The position numbers and the translations under genes are program-made. This document shows, piece by piece, positions 62,723 through 64,000 of a stretch of DNA of 64,000 nt. Location: IMG/VR virus record IMGVR_UViG_3300033075_001896, positions 27,918 to 91,917 of that record; one strand, written 5' to 3'. A model generated the notes under the pieces. The model was not told the origin of the DNA. It saw only the letters and a program-made list of their open reading frames with translations, and did not search any database. Each line of letters starts with the position of its first letter. Positions within the stretch are counted from its first letter, which is position 1. Origin of the DNA: a virus. Lineage: Duplodnaviria; Caudoviricetes.

Positions 62723-63000
62723 GGCGCATGACGACCTCGAAGAAGGCCCCCGACGTGGCGGAGCGGCTCAAGGCGGCGCGCGCGGGGCGCGGGCTCACCG
62801 TCGCCGAGCTCGTGCGACGCGCGCGGGTCGAGGGCGAACCGATCTCCCGGCAGGCCGTGATGAAGATCGAGAGCCGCGCCGTGACGAACCCCGGCATCCT
62901 CACGGTCGCGGGCCTCGCCGAAGCGCTCGACGTGCCCGTGGCGTGGCTCGCGTACGGCGGCGGCCCCACCCCCGCGGGGTTGACCGCCGCGAAGGCGTGA
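62719..63000 (+). CDS. XRE-family HTH repressor
   Basis: RLKAARAGRGLTVAELVRR...ISRQAVMKIE...NP...LAEALDVPVAWL. Confidence 0.85.
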   Translation: MRRMTTSKKAPDVAERLKAARAGRGLTVAELVRRARVEGEPISRQAVMKIESRAVTNPGILTVAGLAEALDVPVAWLAYGGGPTPAGLTAAKA

Positions 63001-63074
<74 letters not shown>

Positions 63075-63078
63075 CCTA

Positions 63079-63305
63079 AAGCCCCAGGACCGAGCTTCTC
63101 CCTGGAAGGGAGCGGCGCGTGAGGACCTGGGGCTTGACCCTCTCCTCCTCGCCCGACCGGCAAGACGCCTGCGTGCAGGCGCTCCCCGCGAACAGGCCGC
63201 CCCGACGGCCTGGGGCGCACACGAAAGAACCCCCCGCGCGTCGCCCGAGACCCCGAGGTTGCTCATCGAGCATGGGGCCAAGCGGGCGGAGAAGCGCGCG
63301 GGGGG
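63079..63305 (+). ncRNA. Candidate structured RNA downstream of the tRNA
   Basis: Four consecutive stems, two of 10-11 bp with nested helices; no convincing ORF. Confidence 0.4.
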
Positions 63306-63337
63306 ATCGGTCCTTTTCCTGCACGCCGTCATTCGTC

Positions 63338-63646
63338 ATGGATGATGAATACGACGACCCGTGCCACGACACGGACGACGAAGACGACGGGGGTTATGCA
63401 GACGACGCGGATGATGAGGGCCGCGAAGAGGAGACGTGCGCGCAGTGCCTCCACTTCGGGGACTACCAGTGCGAAACGCACGGCCCGGCGGTGATCGAGG
63501 CGCAACGGCAGTACGCGGAGTTCCACATGCTGAAGGGGGCGCTCGAAAGCGTGCTCGCGCTCCCCGACGCGTGGTCTTCACCCGCCGCTGCGCAGCTCCA
63601 GAAGGTCGCGCGCGAGGTGCTCACAGAGATGGAGAAGGTCGGGTGA
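63338..63646 (+). CDS. Acidic N-terminus, Cys/His motif protein
   Basis: MDDEYDDPCHDTDDEDD...CAQC...CETH. Confidence 0.55.
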   Translation: MDDEYDDPCHDTDDEDDGGYADDADDEGREEETCAQCLHFGDYQCETHGPAVIEAQRQYAEFHMLKGALESVLALPDAWSSPAAAQLQKVAREVLTEMEKVG

Positions 63647-63945
63647 GACACTTCGATCACGACGAAGCCACGCACCTCTACACGGTCACGAAGTGGACGA
63701 CCACGCAGCTCGCCGCTCGCTTTCGCGTGAGCGTCGGCAGCATGAGCGCCATGTTGCGCAGGCGCGGCGTCGCGCTCCGTGGGAACGCTCACCACCTCGA
63801 CGGCCAGCGCATCGGACGGCTGGTCGTGCTCGGACGCGAGGGACTCTCGCCGCGCGGTGCTGTCCTTTGGCGGTGTCGGTGCGACTGCGGTAAAGAGGTC
63901 GTGGTCTGCACGATGCGGCTCGTGCGCGCGGAACGGGCGACATGA
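63643..63945 (+). CDS. HTH plus N-terminal fragment typical of phage HNH/AP2 proteins
   Basis: LDGQRIGRLVVL...WRCRCDCGKE; no nuclease domain before the stop. Confidence 0.6.
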   Translation: MRHFDHDEATHLYTVTKWTTTQLAARFRVSVGSMSAMLRRRGVALRGNAHHLDGQRIGRLVVLGREGLSPRGAVLWRCRCDCGKEVVVCTMRLVRAERAT

Positions 63946-64000
63946 CCCGTCCAACGCGTGCTCACGAGGACGACCGCAACCCGGACGTCTATTGGACGGG

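Noticed and set aside
63643-63945. Active homing endonuclease
   Set aside because: Only the N-terminal CRCDCG segment is present before the stop; no HNH motif within the window

Overview
High-GC (roughly 70-75% by eye) segment of a large temperate, contractile-tailed (myovirus-like) phage or prophage; the host is probably a myxobacterium (inference from the sigma54-type promoters, EAD1-like domains, a response-regulator gene and a Zn/sigma70-r4 protein). Layout: early/middle + strand genes (C5 methyltransferase, Nudix, SLOG, large serine recombinase with a probable attP inside its 3' end) at 1-12.5 kb; a minus-strand lysis, tail, head and packaging arm at 12.5-60.2 kb that is repeatedly interrupted by accessory blocks; and a divergent control region with an XRE repressor, a tRNA-Met(CAT) and a structured downstream RNA at 61-64 kb. 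No replication module or central spike gene was recognised. Most notable observations: (1) an unrecognised motif (G/C)G(G/T)TGAC-N7-9-(A/G)AGG sits at a nearly fixed 14-17 nt before about 20 late genes and before the tRNA, while a separate set of sigma54-like -24/-12 promoters precedes regulatory genes, suggesting a two-tier, largely leaderless transcription programme; (2) the holin position of the lysis cassette holds an intact receiver (REC) domain fused to transmembrane helices; (3) an island between terminase and portal encodes stand-alone pieces resembling host immune proteins (tandem EAD1, C-terminus of a large N6-methyltransferase); (4) the initiator-type tRNA has a C1:G72 pair. All family assignments are from motif recognition by eye; no database searches were run.
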